Shown here: in pieces, positions 1 through 9,551 of the stretch | Position numbering within the stretch: the stretch's first letter is position 1 | Layout: each line of letters begins with the position of its first letter | Program-made: the position numbers and the translations under genes | The notes under the pieces: model-generated | Databases searched by the model: none | What the model was told of the DNA's origin: nothing | What the model saw: only the letters and a program-made list of their open reading frames with translations | Source: a bacterium | GTDB taxonomy: Bacteria > Hinthialibacterota > Hinthialibacteria > Hinthialibacterales > Hinthialibacteraceae | Direction: 5' to 3' | Assembly (NCBI GenBank): GCA_963662285.2 | Contig: CAXXMV010000006.1 | Location: forward strand, 1,152,001-1,216,000 | DNA length: 64,000 bases

Positions 1-340
1 AATACAAGCGGATTAATTGGAGGTCATTACGAAACAATTCACCTTTGGTGCGAACAAAATTCCTCAGTTTCTCCACTTCATCTCCCGACTCTTCGAGCGC
101 CCGCATAATCTCATCGTGGAAACTCTGGGAATGTTCTAAAATTATATCTTTGTAGAGATGTTCCTTGTTCTGGAAAAACTTATATAGCGTTCCAATGGCG
201 AATTCGGACTTTTCCGCAATCTCTTGCATGGAAACGTTTTGGAATCCCTTCTCAGAGAATAGATCGACTGCCGCATTGAGAATCTCTTGCCGTTGCCAAA
301 GTTTCTCTCTCTCGCGTCTTGAAAGAGTTTCTTTTTCCAT
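1..340 (-). CDS. TetR/AcrR family transcriptional regulator (5' part; runs off the window)
   Basis: Not in the ORF track. Manual translation from ATG at 340 gives MEKETLSRREREKLWQRQEILNAAVDLFSEKGFQNVSMQEIAEKSEFAIGTLYKFFQNKEHL, a typical TetR N-terminal HTH. Confidence 0.9.
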   Translation of the reverse strand, partial: MEKETLSRREREKLWQRQEILNAAVDLFSEKGFQNVSMQEIAEKSEFAIGTLYKFFQNKEHLYKDIILEHSQSFHDEIMRALEESGDEVEKLRNFVRTKGELFRNDLQLIRLY

Positions 341-555
341 TTTCTAACCTCATAAAAAAGGTTACGTTCAAAAAGTGAATCAATATTCATATTATATAAT
401 ATGGCGTCATAATACGAAGGTGTGATTCATACATTTTTGTTTTTGAAAAATATACTAAGGATAATTCAGAACGTGGGGGATTGATCCAATTCTCAGAACT
501 CCTGACTCGCCAAAATCATGTACATTTTAAGAACAATCAGTTGGTTTATTGGAAA

Positions 556-1173
556 TCAAAGAAAAGCGTCTTGTTTGGGGTGTTCTCCTAAAAAGTCAAC
601 TTGGCCGGTTTCAACTTGATATATTGCAGCTTCAACTCTTAATTTATTATGCTTGATTCGCTCACTAATCAATTCGCTCTCGCATATTAATTGTTCTATT
701 CCTTGCATGATGTTTAACAAAACGGATTTTTTGATGATATCTTCTTCGCTTGAATCAGGATTACTGCGTCTTATCATCTCCACCGGTTTGGAAACAGATT
801 CAATGACTGTTGAGATGAATCCTTCTCCTTGCACTCCTTGAACTGCGGCAGTGATCGCTCCGCACCGGGTATGCCCCATCATAATCATCAGAGGCGTTTC
901 CAGGAAACCAATGCCATATTCTATAGAACCTAAACCCATGTCATAGCAACGGTTTCCAGCAGTGCGGACAGTGAATAAATCTCCCAGGCCAACATCAAAG
1001 ATGTGTTCAGGGGAGACTCGTGAATCAGAACAACACAAAATAGTTGCTAAGGGATTTTGTCCGTCGGCGATTTCTGCAACTCTCGGTTGGTCTTGCCGCA
1101 GATAAGTTCTTTCGTCGGTTACAAATCGTTGGTTGCCTTGCTTCAGCATTTCAAGAATTTGCTCTGCATTCAT
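556..1173 (-). CDS. Beta-class carbonic anhydrase
   Basis: GNQRFV, CSDSRV and GHTRCGA zinc-ligand motifs. Confidence 0.93.
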   Translation of the reverse strand: MNAEQILEMLKQGNQRFVTDERTYLRQDQPRVAEIADGQNPLATILCCSDSRVSPEHIFDVGLGDLFTVRTAGNRCYDMGLGSIEYGIGFLETPLMIMMGHTRCGAITAAVQGVQGEGFISTVIESVSKPVEMIRRSNPDSSEEDIIKKSVLLNIMQGIEQLICESELISERIKHNKLRVEAAIYQVETGQVDFLGEHPKQDAFL

Positions 1174-1348
1174 CTTAACATCTCCAGTATTAATTCTTGA
1201 ACTATAATATTAAGATGGAATTTTACCTATATTATGATAATAAGATAGAGTAATTCTCGAAAAATGAGTAAAGTTAGTGAATTTTTTAACTTTTATATTT
1301 TTTATATATATATTGATTAAAGAGTATCTTCTTCTTTATAAAATAACG

Positions 1349-1378
1349 TTGACAATATCCAATTCTCTGTGTGATAAT
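1349..1378 (+). promoter_or_regulatory. Putative sigma70 promoter
   Basis: TTGACA at 1349-1354, 18-bp spacer, GATAAT at 1373-1378, upstream of a structured leader and the 1701 CDS. Confidence 0.5.
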
Positions 1379-1384
1379 CAATTT

Positions 1385-1630
1385 TCCCAAATGAAATAAG
1401 GGCAGATTCTCTTTTCATCCGAGTAATCCAGGTTCATTGGAGTGGATGCTCTTTCATTTGTACTGCTCAATTCAACAATTTGTGGAGAAAACCATGCTGT
1501 GTGAAAGCAAGGCCGCAATAGTGAGAGGAGGAACCGGAAAAGGTATGGGGCGCAGTACGATATCACCCCAGGATATTACCGAAGGCGTTGCCTTCCTCTG
1601 AACAGAGGAAGGCAGGTTCATATCGGGAGC
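1385..1630 (+). ncRNA. Candidate structured RNA or 5' leader, class unassigned
   Basis: GC-richer island in AT-rich intergenic DNA. Stems: CAAATGAAA/TTTCATTTG (1388-1396/1452-1460), GTACTGC/GCAGTAC (1460-1466/1552-1558), TGCCTTCCTCTG/CAGAGGAAGGCA (1589-1614). Confidence 0.35.
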
Positions 1631-1700
1631 AATACCACCATATTTGTATCGTTAAGTTGTTTAGATTTAAGTAAAACACTTTTTATTCAGGAGTCTGATT

Positions 1701-3251
1701 ATGAAGATAACTAAATGTGCAATATTCTGCTTTCTGTTTTCTACCAGTATCATTGGTTTCTGTGCAGATACTTTATTAGACGTACCTATATATGTTACAG
1801 GTGGTTTTTCAGAACCTTCTTGGGAACCTGGTAATGGCGCCGTACCTAATGGTGCGATAGAGGATCTACGGTTATTTGATGATGGCCAGTCAAATGGCGA
1901 TATAGTTGCAGATGATGGAATCTGGACCTGTGTTGTTTCCGGATTAGAGCCTTTTCAAGAATTTGATTGGAAAATCGCCAGTCCTGGTTGGAGTCCTGTC
2001 AATGTCCCCGACTCAGCTCCAACAAATCTTTGGGCTATTGCTGATGAAAATGGTACAGTTTCTTTCATGTTCGATACGAATTTCCAAAATGATGGTTTGC
2101 TGCCCGATGTTGGACAACCCAATAGTATTGGATTTGCCTATTCAGAATCGACCTGGGATGCGCTTCAACCCATAGACACTATTTCGTTAACCGGAAATTT
2201 CCAGACTCAGTTGGGAGGAGATATCGATTGGGATTTTTACAATGAAGAATCGCAAATCTTATTACGGGATGATGGTAACGGTTTTGATCAAATCGAGGGA
2301 GATGATATCTTTACCGGCTCGGTAACTGGATTGCAAAACGGTACGTATGAATACCGGGGAATAATTGAGTTTGATGATGTGTACTTTCCAGAATTTACTG
2401 CCATTGGATTAGCGAATGCTGAGCGGAATCTAAAGTTTAATGTTCTCGACAGTTCTGAGGAGATTGTATTTCAGTTGGATGCAAAAAAATCCCGCTTAGG
2501 TCCGATTGGGGATTCTTCTTCCCCTGGACCTCCATTCTACGCTCATTCAGCCGCTTGGGGGAATAGTTTTACTAATACAGAGGATATGGGAAACGCATTG
2601 GATTTGGTGTATCGAAAAATATTTACCGTCGTTGAACCAAACAATTATACAGTGCGAATACGCGACAAATCATTGAAAGAATATCCTGTATCAGGGAGTT
2701 ATCCGTTTACCACCACTGAGCCAAACCAGGAAGTTCAAGTAGTGTTTGATCAAAACCAATACGAAGATGATTACGAACCTTCATCAAATATTGTTTTTAT
2801 AGTTGATAACAAGACAAAATCACCATTGAACCAATGGGAATACGTACAGCTTGTCGGTGATTGTATGATTGATTTTGGTGGAGAATCGGACTGGAATGCG
2901 GACGATAGTGGATTTGAAGCTTTTGATCAAGGGATCGTTTCAGAGGGTGACCAAGTTGCCGATGATGGCGTTTTCGCTATCCGTATCCAAACAGACGCCA
3001 CGGCGGCTAACAAGCAGTTGAAAGCTGTTGGTAGAAGGCTTGATATGGGTGACGGGCAGTGGGATATTCAGATTGGTGGGCCAGGGGAAGGATTGACCAT
3101 CAACACAACCAATACGAATATTCCTTTCAGTTACACACCGGGTGAATACACTATCCAAATCGATACATTGACTGGTCGCGTCGGTGTAGGAAGCATACCA
3201 CCGGAACGTATGTCGTTTGAGGTTTCTGTAGGTGGATGGGAATTACATTAA
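1701..3251 (+). CDS. Exported protein with three choice-of-anchor-X-like (DDG...D..A.DG.[WF]) repeats and C-terminal VGGWELH tail
   Basis: Signal peptide; repeats LFDDGQSNGDIVADDGIWT, LRDDGNGFDQIEGDDIFT and AFDQGIVSEGDQVADDGVFA; acidic composition. Confidence 0.75.
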   Translation: MKITKCAIFCFLFSTSIIGFCADTLLDVPIYVTGGFSEPSWEPGNGAVPNGAIEDLRLFDDGQSNGDIVADDGIWTCVVSGLEPFQEFDWKIASPGWSPVNVPDSAPTNLWAIADENGTVSFMFDTNFQNDGLLPDVGQPNSIGFAYSESTWDALQPIDTISLTGNFQTQLGGDIDWDFYNEESQILLRDDGNGFDQIEGDDIFTGSVTGLQNGTYEYRGIIEFDDVYFPEFTAIGLANAERNLKFNVLDSSEEIVFQLDAKKSRLGPIGDSSSPGPPFYAHSAAWGNSFTNTEDMGNALDLVYRKIFTVVEPNNYTVRIRDKSLKEYPVSGSYPFTTTEPNQEVQVVFDQNQYEDDYEPSSNIVFIVDNKTKSPLNQWEYVQLVGDCMIDFGGESDWNADDSGFEAFDQGIVSEGDQVADDGVFAIRIQTDATAANKQLKAVGRRLDMGDGQWDIQIGGPGEGLTINTTNTNIPFSYTPGEYTIQIDTLTGRVGVGSIPPERMSFEVSVGGWELH

Positions 3252-3315
3252 AGAAATCGATACGAATACATAAATTCAATCGGTATTTTCGGTCATAGCA
3301 TGAAAGGAACTTTCA

Positions 3316-4452
3316 ATGTCACGATTGTTCAGTAAATTGATTATTGCTTTTATTGGCATCAGTGTTTTTTTAAGTTTAGTGTATGCGGAGCCACAGGTTC
3401 ATGTTATTAAAAATATGGATGTATATCGTGAGAAAGGGCGGTTTGGCGGGTGGCCTGCCAATCATGGGATGTGGCATTGGGGGAATGAGATTCTGGTTGG
3501 ATTCAGCCGGGGGTATTATAAGGATTTAGGTGACCGGCACCATATTGACAGGGAGAAGCCCGAAGAGCATCTTTTTGCCCGAAGCAAGGATGGCGGTATG
3601 TCCTGGAGTATTGAAGATCCTTCCAAGGTTATCGTTCCTAGAGGGAATACGCTTCATGGAATTAAGCCACCTCATCTTATTCCCGTTAAACCAGTTAAAA
3701 ATCAAACTCCAATTAATTTCACCCATCCGGATTTTGCGATGACGCTACGGATGCTGGATGTTAATTCAGGACCTTCTTTGTTTTATTATTCCCACGACCG
3801 TGGACGCAACTGGAAAGGGCCGTTTGAACTTATAATTAATGGTGTTAAAGGTATCGCCGCAAGGACCGATTATCTGGTTGATTCTTCCAAAGATTGCATG
3901 GCTTTCTTAACATGCGCCAAGGAGAATGGCCAGGAAGGACGCCCTTTTTGCGCCCGAACTCAGGATGGCGGCGTCACATGGAACCTTGTATCCCGGATCG
4001 GCCCGGAACCGGAGGGATTCTCAATTATGCCTTCATCAGTTCGGCTCTCTGAGACAGAATTACTTAGTGCAGTGAGACGGCGTGAAGGAGATAAACGCTG
4101 GATTGAAATTTACCGGTCGACCAGTAACGGTTCAAATTGGAGTTTATATAGCACTCCGACTGATAACATCGGTATCGGGAATCCGCCAAGTATGATTCAA
4201 TTACACGATGGCCGGATTTGCTTAACCTATGGTTACAGGGCTGAGCCGTTTAGCATCCGAACTCAGTTAAGTGATGATAAAGGGAAAACCTGGAGCAAAC
4301 CAATTAGCCTGCGCTCAGATGGAGCCAGCCGGGATCTTGGTTATCCACGGACCCTTCAACTGCCTGATGGCGTTATTGTGACGGTTTATTATTTTTGCGA
4401 TCATCTTTCTCCGGAACGGTATATTGGAGCAACTTTGTGGAGAGTAGAGTAG
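3316..4452 (+). CDS. Exported sialidase-like BNR/Asp-box repeat protein
   Basis: Signal peptide; Asp boxes SKDGGMSW, SHDRGRNW, TQDGGVTW, SDDKGKTW; DLGYP motif. Confidence 0.85.
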   Translation: MSRLFSKLIIAFIGISVFLSLVYAEPQVHVIKNMDVYREKGRFGGWPANHGMWHWGNEILVGFSRGYYKDLGDRHHIDREKPEEHLFARSKDGGMSWSIEDPSKVIVPRGNTLHGIKPPHLIPVKPVKNQTPINFTHPDFAMTLRMLDVNSGPSLFYYSHDRGRNWKGPFELIINGVKGIAARTDYLVDSSKDCMAFLTCAKENGQEGRPFCARTQDGGVTWNLVSRIGPEPEGFSIMPSSVRLSETELLSAVRRREGDKRWIEIYRSTSNGSNWSLYSTPTDNIGIGNPPSMIQLHDGRICLTYGYRAEPFSIRTQLSDDKGKTWSKPISLRSDGASRDLGYPRTLQLPDGVIVTVYYFCDHLSPERYIGATLWRVE

Positions 4453-4490
4453 TATTCTAATCTTTCATTAAAAAAAGGAATGGATGGATT

Positions 4491-5600
4491 ATGCCCGAAT
4501 CTGAGAAAAAAGAACTACTGTGGAGTAAGTTGGTTTTACGCTGGACGCTAATTCTGATGGGCGTGATAGCTATAGTTTGGGTATTGTATTGGAGCATATC
4601 AACTCTGGTGCTATTGGCGTTTAGCTTTTTGTTAGCCTACTTGCTTAATCCATTAGTTACAAAGTTAACTCAGCAGGGAGCGCCACGGACTGCATCGATT
4701 ATGATGTTGTTGTTTTTCTTTTTGATTGTAACCATTGGATTTACGCTATACATTGTTCCTAAAATCTCTGATGAAGCGGCGCGATTGATTAATCATAATG
4801 AGGCCTTTGCCAGCGCTACGGAGTGGATAAGCAATAATGTGAATCCCAAATTAGAGAAAATTGGAATCGAAGCATGGGGAGAAGAAGAACTTAGGACAAA
4901 AATCAATTATCTATTCTCTTTGATCAATAGTTATTATCCACAATGGATCAGGCCGACCTTTAACGCTTTTCATTCCATGTTTTCTGGCATAGCCAGTTTT
5001 ATAGTTGGTTTGTTAAGTTTGATGCTGGTTCCTGTGTTTACCTTTTATCTACTACGGGATTTTCCCAAGATCAGCCAATCGTTTTTTGAAATGATTCCTC
5101 CACATTGGCGGGCGATTGTCTCTGACTGGGGAGGCGAACTGGATCATGTCGTTGGTGGTTATATCCGAGGGCAATTCAGCATCGCTCTGTTTTTGGCGAC
5201 CATCAATGCTATCGGCTTGACAATATTGGGCGTCCCGTTCGGCTTCCTGATAGGATTTGTGGCTGGTATGGCTAACATGGTTCCCTATATGAGCATCGTG
5301 GTTGGCCTGATTCCGGCATTGATAATATCATTCCTGGATAAGCCGGAAATTTGGCGCTTGATCTGGATACTAATGATTTTCGGCGGCTCGCAGATGTTGG
5401 AGGGATTTTACCTGAGTCCACGGATTATGGGGCATGAAATTGGTTTGCATCCCGTGTTGATTATGCTGTCTATAATATTAGGCGGTTCAATATTTGGTCT
5501 TGTCGGTATTATACTGGCTGTGCCTACAATGGCGGTTCTTAAGGTAGTCGCAGTTCGGGCGCATCATGAATGGAAGAAAAAGTGGCCTCAGGAGGCTTAG
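4491..5600 (+). CDS. AI-2E family (PerM/YhhT-like) membrane transporter
   Basis: LAYLLNPLV, GYIRGQ, PRIMG..IGLHP and GIILAVP motifs; multiple hydrophobic helices. Confidence 0.92.
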   Translation: MPESEKKELLWSKLVLRWTLILMGVIAIVWVLYWSISTLVLLAFSFLLAYLLNPLVTKLTQQGAPRTASIMMLLFFFLIVTIGFTLYIVPKISDEAARLINHNEAFASATEWISNNVNPKLEKIGIEAWGEEELRTKINYLFSLINSYYPQWIRPTFNAFHSMFSGIASFIVGLLSLMLVPVFTFYLLRDFPKISQSFFEMIPPHWRAIVSDWGGELDHVVGGYIRGQFSIALFLATINAIGLTILGVPFGFLIGFVAGMANMVPYMSIVVGLIPALIISFLDKPEIWRLIWILMIFGGSQMLEGFYLSPRIMGHEIGLHPVLIMLSIILGGSIFGLVGIILAVPTMAVLKVVAVRAHHEWKKKWPQEA

Positions 5601-5667
5601 GTGGATTAAGCGCCCTTATTAGTTTGTTCCGCTTTGTTTTTTTGTATTCGTTATTGATTGTCATATA

Positions 5668-5692
5668 GGGCGCCCATGAAGGACGCCCCTAC
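5668..5692 (-). repeat. GTAG-type REP-like palindrome
   Basis: Minus strand reads GTAGGGGCGTCCTTCATGGGCGCCC; a relative lies at 49699-49724. Confidence 0.6.
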
Positions 5693-5748
5693 TGGTTTTA
5701 TTTCGTGTTTCTTTTAGTAAAGGTTCTTTTTTGTATCATAGTATTAGT

Positions 5749-5780
5749 CAAGGGCAGAAAGGACACTGCCCTTGGCGTCC
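5749..5780. repeat. REP-like palindrome family B (CAAGGGC...GCCCTTG)
   Basis: CAAGGGCAGAAAGGACACTGCCCTTGG, identical to the copy at 28777. Confidence 0.7.
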
Positions 5781-5843
5781 TTTTAGCATTATATTAGGTT
5801 GTATTGATAAGATTTAAGATGAATGTTTTAATGGAGATTATTA

Positions 5844-6803
5844 ATGTCTGGTACTGAAATGAACTATGTTTCGCTGGGGCGTTGCGGGATGAAAGTGAGC
5901 CGGTTTGCTCTTGGTGGATGGACTACATTCGGTGATAGCGTGGCCGATAAGCCCATAATCCGGAATATCCTGCAAACCGCTTTTGATAGCGGAATTAATT
6001 ATTTTGATATAAGTGATATATACAACCGGGGAGAGACCGAACGGGCTATGGGTTCTGTGCTGGCTGATTTTCCCCGGCATGAGATCGTGATAGCCAGTAA
6101 GGTCTTTTTCCCCATGAGTGATGATGTCAATGACCGGGGCTTGTCACGTAAACATATCATGGAATCGATCGAAAAAAGCCTTCAGCGTATTGGAACTGAT
6201 TATCTGGATATCTATTTTTGCCATCGCTTTGATGTTGAGACGCCTATTGAAGAGACAGTCCGCGCTATGGATGATCTGGTGCATCAAGGCAAGATTCTAT
6301 ATTGGGGAACCAGCGAATGGACTGGCGAACAAATAAATCAGGCTCATGAAATATGCGATAAGCGGAACCTCTATTTCTCTCAAGTCGAGCAGCCGGTCTA
6401 TAATCTTTTAACCCGTAATGCTTTTGAGAATGATGTGCAACCAACCGCTACCCGGTTGGGTAAGGGATTGGTTACTTTTAGTCCATTGGCCTATGGAGTT
6501 TTGACGGGGAAATATGATAACGGAATTCCCCAAGGTACAAGATTAGATCAAATTGAGTGGCTGCGGGACCGGTATTATAATGAAGAGTGTCTTAACCGGG
6601 TGCGCCAAATGGAAACCTATGCTAAGCAACTTGGATGCACCAGAGCGCAGCTGGCTTTGGCCTGGATTGCAGCCAATCCTGCGGTTTCGAGCGTTATAAC
6701 CGGAGCGACCAGCGTTGATCAACTCAAAGATAATCTAGGCGCTATCAAGGTTAAACTTGATAGTTCCATGATTGATAATCTCAATAGGCTGTTTCCTCTA
6801 TGA
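5844..6803 (+). CDS. Aldo/keto reductase (Kv-beta-like)
   Basis: GINYFDISDIY, GLSRKHIMES, DYLDIYFCHRFD, GKILYWGTSEW. Confidence 0.93.
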   Translation: MSGTEMNYVSLGRCGMKVSRFALGGWTTFGDSVADKPIIRNILQTAFDSGINYFDISDIYNRGETERAMGSVLADFPRHEIVIASKVFFPMSDDVNDRGLSRKHIMESIEKSLQRIGTDYLDIYFCHRFDVETPIEETVRAMDDLVHQGKILYWGTSEWTGEQINQAHEICDKRNLYFSQVEQPVYNLLTRNAFENDVQPTATRLGKGLVTFSPLAYGVLTGKYDNGIPQGTRLDQIEWLRDRYYNEECLNRVRQMETYAKQLGCTRAQLALAWIAANPAVSSVITGATSVDQLKDNLGAIKVKLDSSMIDNLNRLFPL

Positions 6804-6860
6804 TTCTAAAAACGTCAATTAGATTATAATTCAAAAGTCAATTGAAAAATCTATAGTTTT

Positions 6861-6903
6861 AGAAAACAACCCCCTCTTGGGAGAGGTTAGGAGAGGGTTG
6901 ATA
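6861..6903 (+). repeat. Internally deleted derivative of the ~150-bp composite palindromic element
   Basis: AGAAAACAACCCCCTCTTG is joined directly to GGAGAGGTTAGGAGAGGGTTGATA, the two ends of the 63805-63955 element. Confidence 0.6.
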
Positions 6904-7187
6904 TTAATCACTCTCGCAAAGAAAAAACCAGCAATATGAGATTAACTTTTTAGGTGAAATGAAACAATATTGTGTTATCATACTGATTACAAATGATTTA
7001 TTTAATTATTTGTAAATTAACCTCCGTTTTTTAGGATGATGCAAGATATGAAAAATCGATATAAAACTACTGTAAGTAATGTTAATGGATCGCAAGACAA
7101 GCGATCCATTGCTGCTCTTCATTGATTGAGATGGAATTGGTATTAAAATCATATTAATAGGTTAGAAGGGATTGATCCGTCGAAGAG

Positions 7188-7227
7188 CAACCCCCCTCTA
7201 ACTCCCCCCCAACTTGGGGGGAGAATT
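7188..7227 (+). repeat. REP-like palindrome family C
   Basis: CAACCCCCCTCTAACTCCCCCCCAACTTGGGGGGAGAATT; near copy at 28845-28884. Confidence 0.7.
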
Positions 7228-7269
7228 TTTGTTTTACCTAATTCAACATATATAAAGGATTGACATAGT

Positions 7270-7683
7270 TTGACAGACGCTAAACTGACTGAAAATAAAC
7301 AGGTTGTAGAATTTCGTGTTCGATACAGCGAGACGGATCAGATGGGTGGAATATATAACGCCCGCGTGTTGGAATGGTTTGAAGTCGGGCGCACGGAGTG
7401 GTTTCGCGGTAAGGGATTGGCATATACTGAAGTCGAAAAGAGGGGTATTTTCCTGCCCCTGGTTGAAGCGCATGTCGAGTATAAGGGACATGCTGAGTAT
7501 GATGATTTGCTCAAAATGACGGTTACTGGCTGCATCGCTGGTAAAGTCCGGCTGCGTTGCGATCATGAGATTGTTCATAGCGACAGCGGTAATCCTGTTG
7601 CGCAGGGTTATACAATACATGCCTGTTTGAATGAATCGGGCAAGCCGGTTCGGCTTCCGGAATGGCTGTTGGAGATAGTTTGA
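7270..7683 (+). CDS. Acyl-CoA thioesterase (YbgC/4-HBT hotdog family)
   Basis: RVRYSETDQMG...WFEVGRTE motif. Confidence 0.9.
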   Translation: MTDAKLTENKQVVEFRVRYSETDQMGGIYNARVLEWFEVGRTEWFRGKGLAYTEVEKRGIFLPLVEAHVEYKGHAEYDDLLKMTVTGCIAGKVRLRCDHEIVHSDSGNPVAQGYTIHACLNESGKPVRLPEWLLEIV

Positions 7684-7769
7684 TTGGATAGGTTATATCA
7701 AGTGTTAGACTGATTGGTGTAAGTCTTTAATATGGAGTGTTTTATTTGTAGTTTATTTTTGTGGATTTA

Positions 7770-7806
7770 CCCCTCACCCTAGCCCTCTCCCGTGGGGAGA
7801 GGGGAC
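7770..7806 (+). repeat. REP-like palindrome family C
   Basis: CCCTCACCCTAGCCCTCTCCCGTGGGGAGAGGGGAC; one mismatch to the copy at 10138. Confidence 0.75.
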
Positions 7807-7910
7807 TTGGTTGTCCGATTTTATAGAGTGAATTTATATTAAAATTAGTTTAAATCATATAAAGTTAGAACAAATCTAGAGTTTGAAAAATATATGTCTG
7901 TGAGAGCGTT

Positions 7911-9545
7911 ATGAAAATATCTGACCGAATGTTATTGAGTGGAAATGAAGCAATCGCGCTGGCTGCCTATAAATCTAAAGTGGCTTTAGGCGCTGGTTAT
8001 CCAGGGACGCCATCTACTGAAATATTAGAGAATTTTTCAGAATTCGGCGGGCAGGCGCAATGGTCGCCCAACGAGAAAGTGGCGCTTGAAGTGGCCATTG
8101 GAGCGGCGTTCGGTAAGACGCGGGCTATGGCGACTATGAAGCATGTGGGATTGAATGTCGCCGCTGATCCATTGTTCACCGCCGCCTATACCGGAGTACA
8201 GGGCGCTTTGGTTATTATCTGCGCCGATGATCCGGGAATGGCTTCGAGTCAGAACGAGCAGGATAACCGCAACTACGCCTCCGCCGCCGGACTGCCTATG
8301 CTGGAACCTTCTGATTCTCAGGAAGCCTATGATTTTACTGTGGCTGCTTTTGAACTATCCGAAAAGTGGAATATCCCGGTCATCCTGCGGGTGACGACGC
8401 GCATCTGTCATTCCAAAACGGTTGTTAATGTTAAGGATATTGAGGCGCCCTCTTATGAAGCGGATTTCGTGCGGGATATTAAAGGGCGGGTTATGATCCC
8501 GGCTTACGCCCGTATCGCTCATAAAAAACTACGTCAGAAACTTGATGATATCGCCGCGTGGAATGAAACAAGTGATTTGAACCAGGTGTTTGAAGGCGAT
8601 AAGTCTCTGGGAGTGATTGCATCGGGCATCTCTTTTCAGCATTCACGCGAGGCGGCGCCGGGGGCCAGTTTATTTAAGCTGAGCGTCAGTTATCCATTGC
8701 CATTAGAGAAATTACGTAAATTCGCCGCATCGGTGGATCGTTGCGTGGTTATAGAAGAGGGCGACCCCTATCTAGAAAAAGCTATACTGGCGGAAGGCGT
8801 CAAAGTTGAAGGCAAAGCGCAGATGTACCGCTTTGGAGAATTAAACGTTGACCGGGTTTGTCGAATAATCGCTGGCGACGAGTCTCCCGAAGCCGTTCCT
8901 GCGCCGGGTAAACCGCCTCAGTTATGTCAGGGATGCGCGCACCGCACCGTCTTTCAAATATTGAGCGATCTGGATTGCATTGTATCCGGCGATATCGGAT
9001 GTTATACGCTGGGCGTGCTGCCTCCATTTAGTGCGATGGATTCGTGCGTATGCATGGGCGCCAGCGTCAGCATCGGATTGGGATTGCGCCATGTGCTTCC
9101 CGATGAACAAGCCAAACGCGTGGTTAGCGTAATCGGGGATAGCACCTTCATGCATAGCGGCATCACTGGTCTGGTGGATATGGTTTACAACAAACCCAAA
9201 ACCGGACATGTAGTGATTATTCTGGATAACGGAACTACAGCCATGACCGGTTTACAGGAACATCCGGGAACAGGTCGTCTGCTGGATCATTCCGCCTCCG
9301 CCAAAATCGATTATGAGGCGCTGGGTAAATCAATTGGCATCCAGAATGTCCATACCATTGATCATGTGAAATTTGAGGATGAGTTCAAAAAACTGTTGAT
9401 GGAAGCATTAGAGAAAAATGAACCATCACTTCTAATAGCCCGGAAAGAATGCGTCCTTGCCGTGCGGAAAATTAGGCAATATGAAAAAGAGGCCGCTGAA
9501 AAATCGAAATGTGAGCGCCAGTGTCAATGTGAAGGGCAGGAGTAA
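7911..9545 (+). CDS. iorA: Indolepyruvate:ferredoxin oxidoreductase alpha subunit
   Basis: SGNEAIA, GYPGTPSTEI, MKHVGLNVAAD, SSQNEQD, LCQGCAH, DIGCY and TPP motif GDSTFMHSG...DN. Confidence 0.93.
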   Translation: MKISDRMLLSGNEAIALAAYKSKVALGAGYPGTPSTEILENFSEFGGQAQWSPNEKVALEVAIGAAFGKTRAMATMKHVGLNVAADPLFTAAYTGVQGALVIICADDPGMASSQNEQDNRNYASAAGLPMLEPSDSQEAYDFTVAAFELSEKWNIPVILRVTTRICHSKTVVNVKDIEAPSYEADFVRDIKGRVMIPAYARIAHKKLRQKLDDIAAWNETSDLNQVFEGDKSLGVIASGISFQHSREAAPGASLFKLSVSYPLPLEKLRKFAASVDRCVVIEEGDPYLEKAILAEGVKVEGKAQMYRFGELNVDRVCRIIAGDESPEAVPAPGKPPQLCQGCAHRTVFQILSDLDCIVSGDIGCYTLGVLPPFSAMDSCVCMGASVSIGLGLRHVLPDEQAKRVVSVIGDSTFMHSGITGLVDMVYNKPKTGHVVIILDNGTTAMTGLQEHPGTGRLLDHSASAKIDYEALGKSIGIQNVHTIDHVKFEDEFKKLLMEALEKNEPSLLIARKECVLAVRKIRQYEKEAAEKSKCERQCQCEGQE

Positions 9546-9551
9546 ATTAAG

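Noticed and set aside
142-390. ORF-track 82-aa (-) and 60-aa (+) ORFs
   Set aside because: Shadow ORFs of the TetR gene, which is in another minus-strand frame and runs off the window.
1385-1640. tmRNA, tRNA or known riboswitch call (ends ...CCACCA; contains CCGAAGG and GGGGCG)
   Set aside because: No T-arm/acceptor pairing and no complete consensus for glycine, c-di-AMP, c-di-GMP, cobalamin or SAM riboswitches could be found. Kept only as an unassigned candidate.
4420-4452. Sialidase-like protein ending ATLWRVE as a member of the tail family
   Set aside because: Trp is at -4, but there is no V/L at -7, no terminal aromatic residue and no linker. It appears to be the last strand of the BNR propeller.
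7650-7683. Thioesterase ending LPEWLLEIV as a tail member
   Set aside because: Cytoplasmic protein with no signal peptide; PVRLPEW is a normal ending for this family, and the spacing to the stop is wrong.
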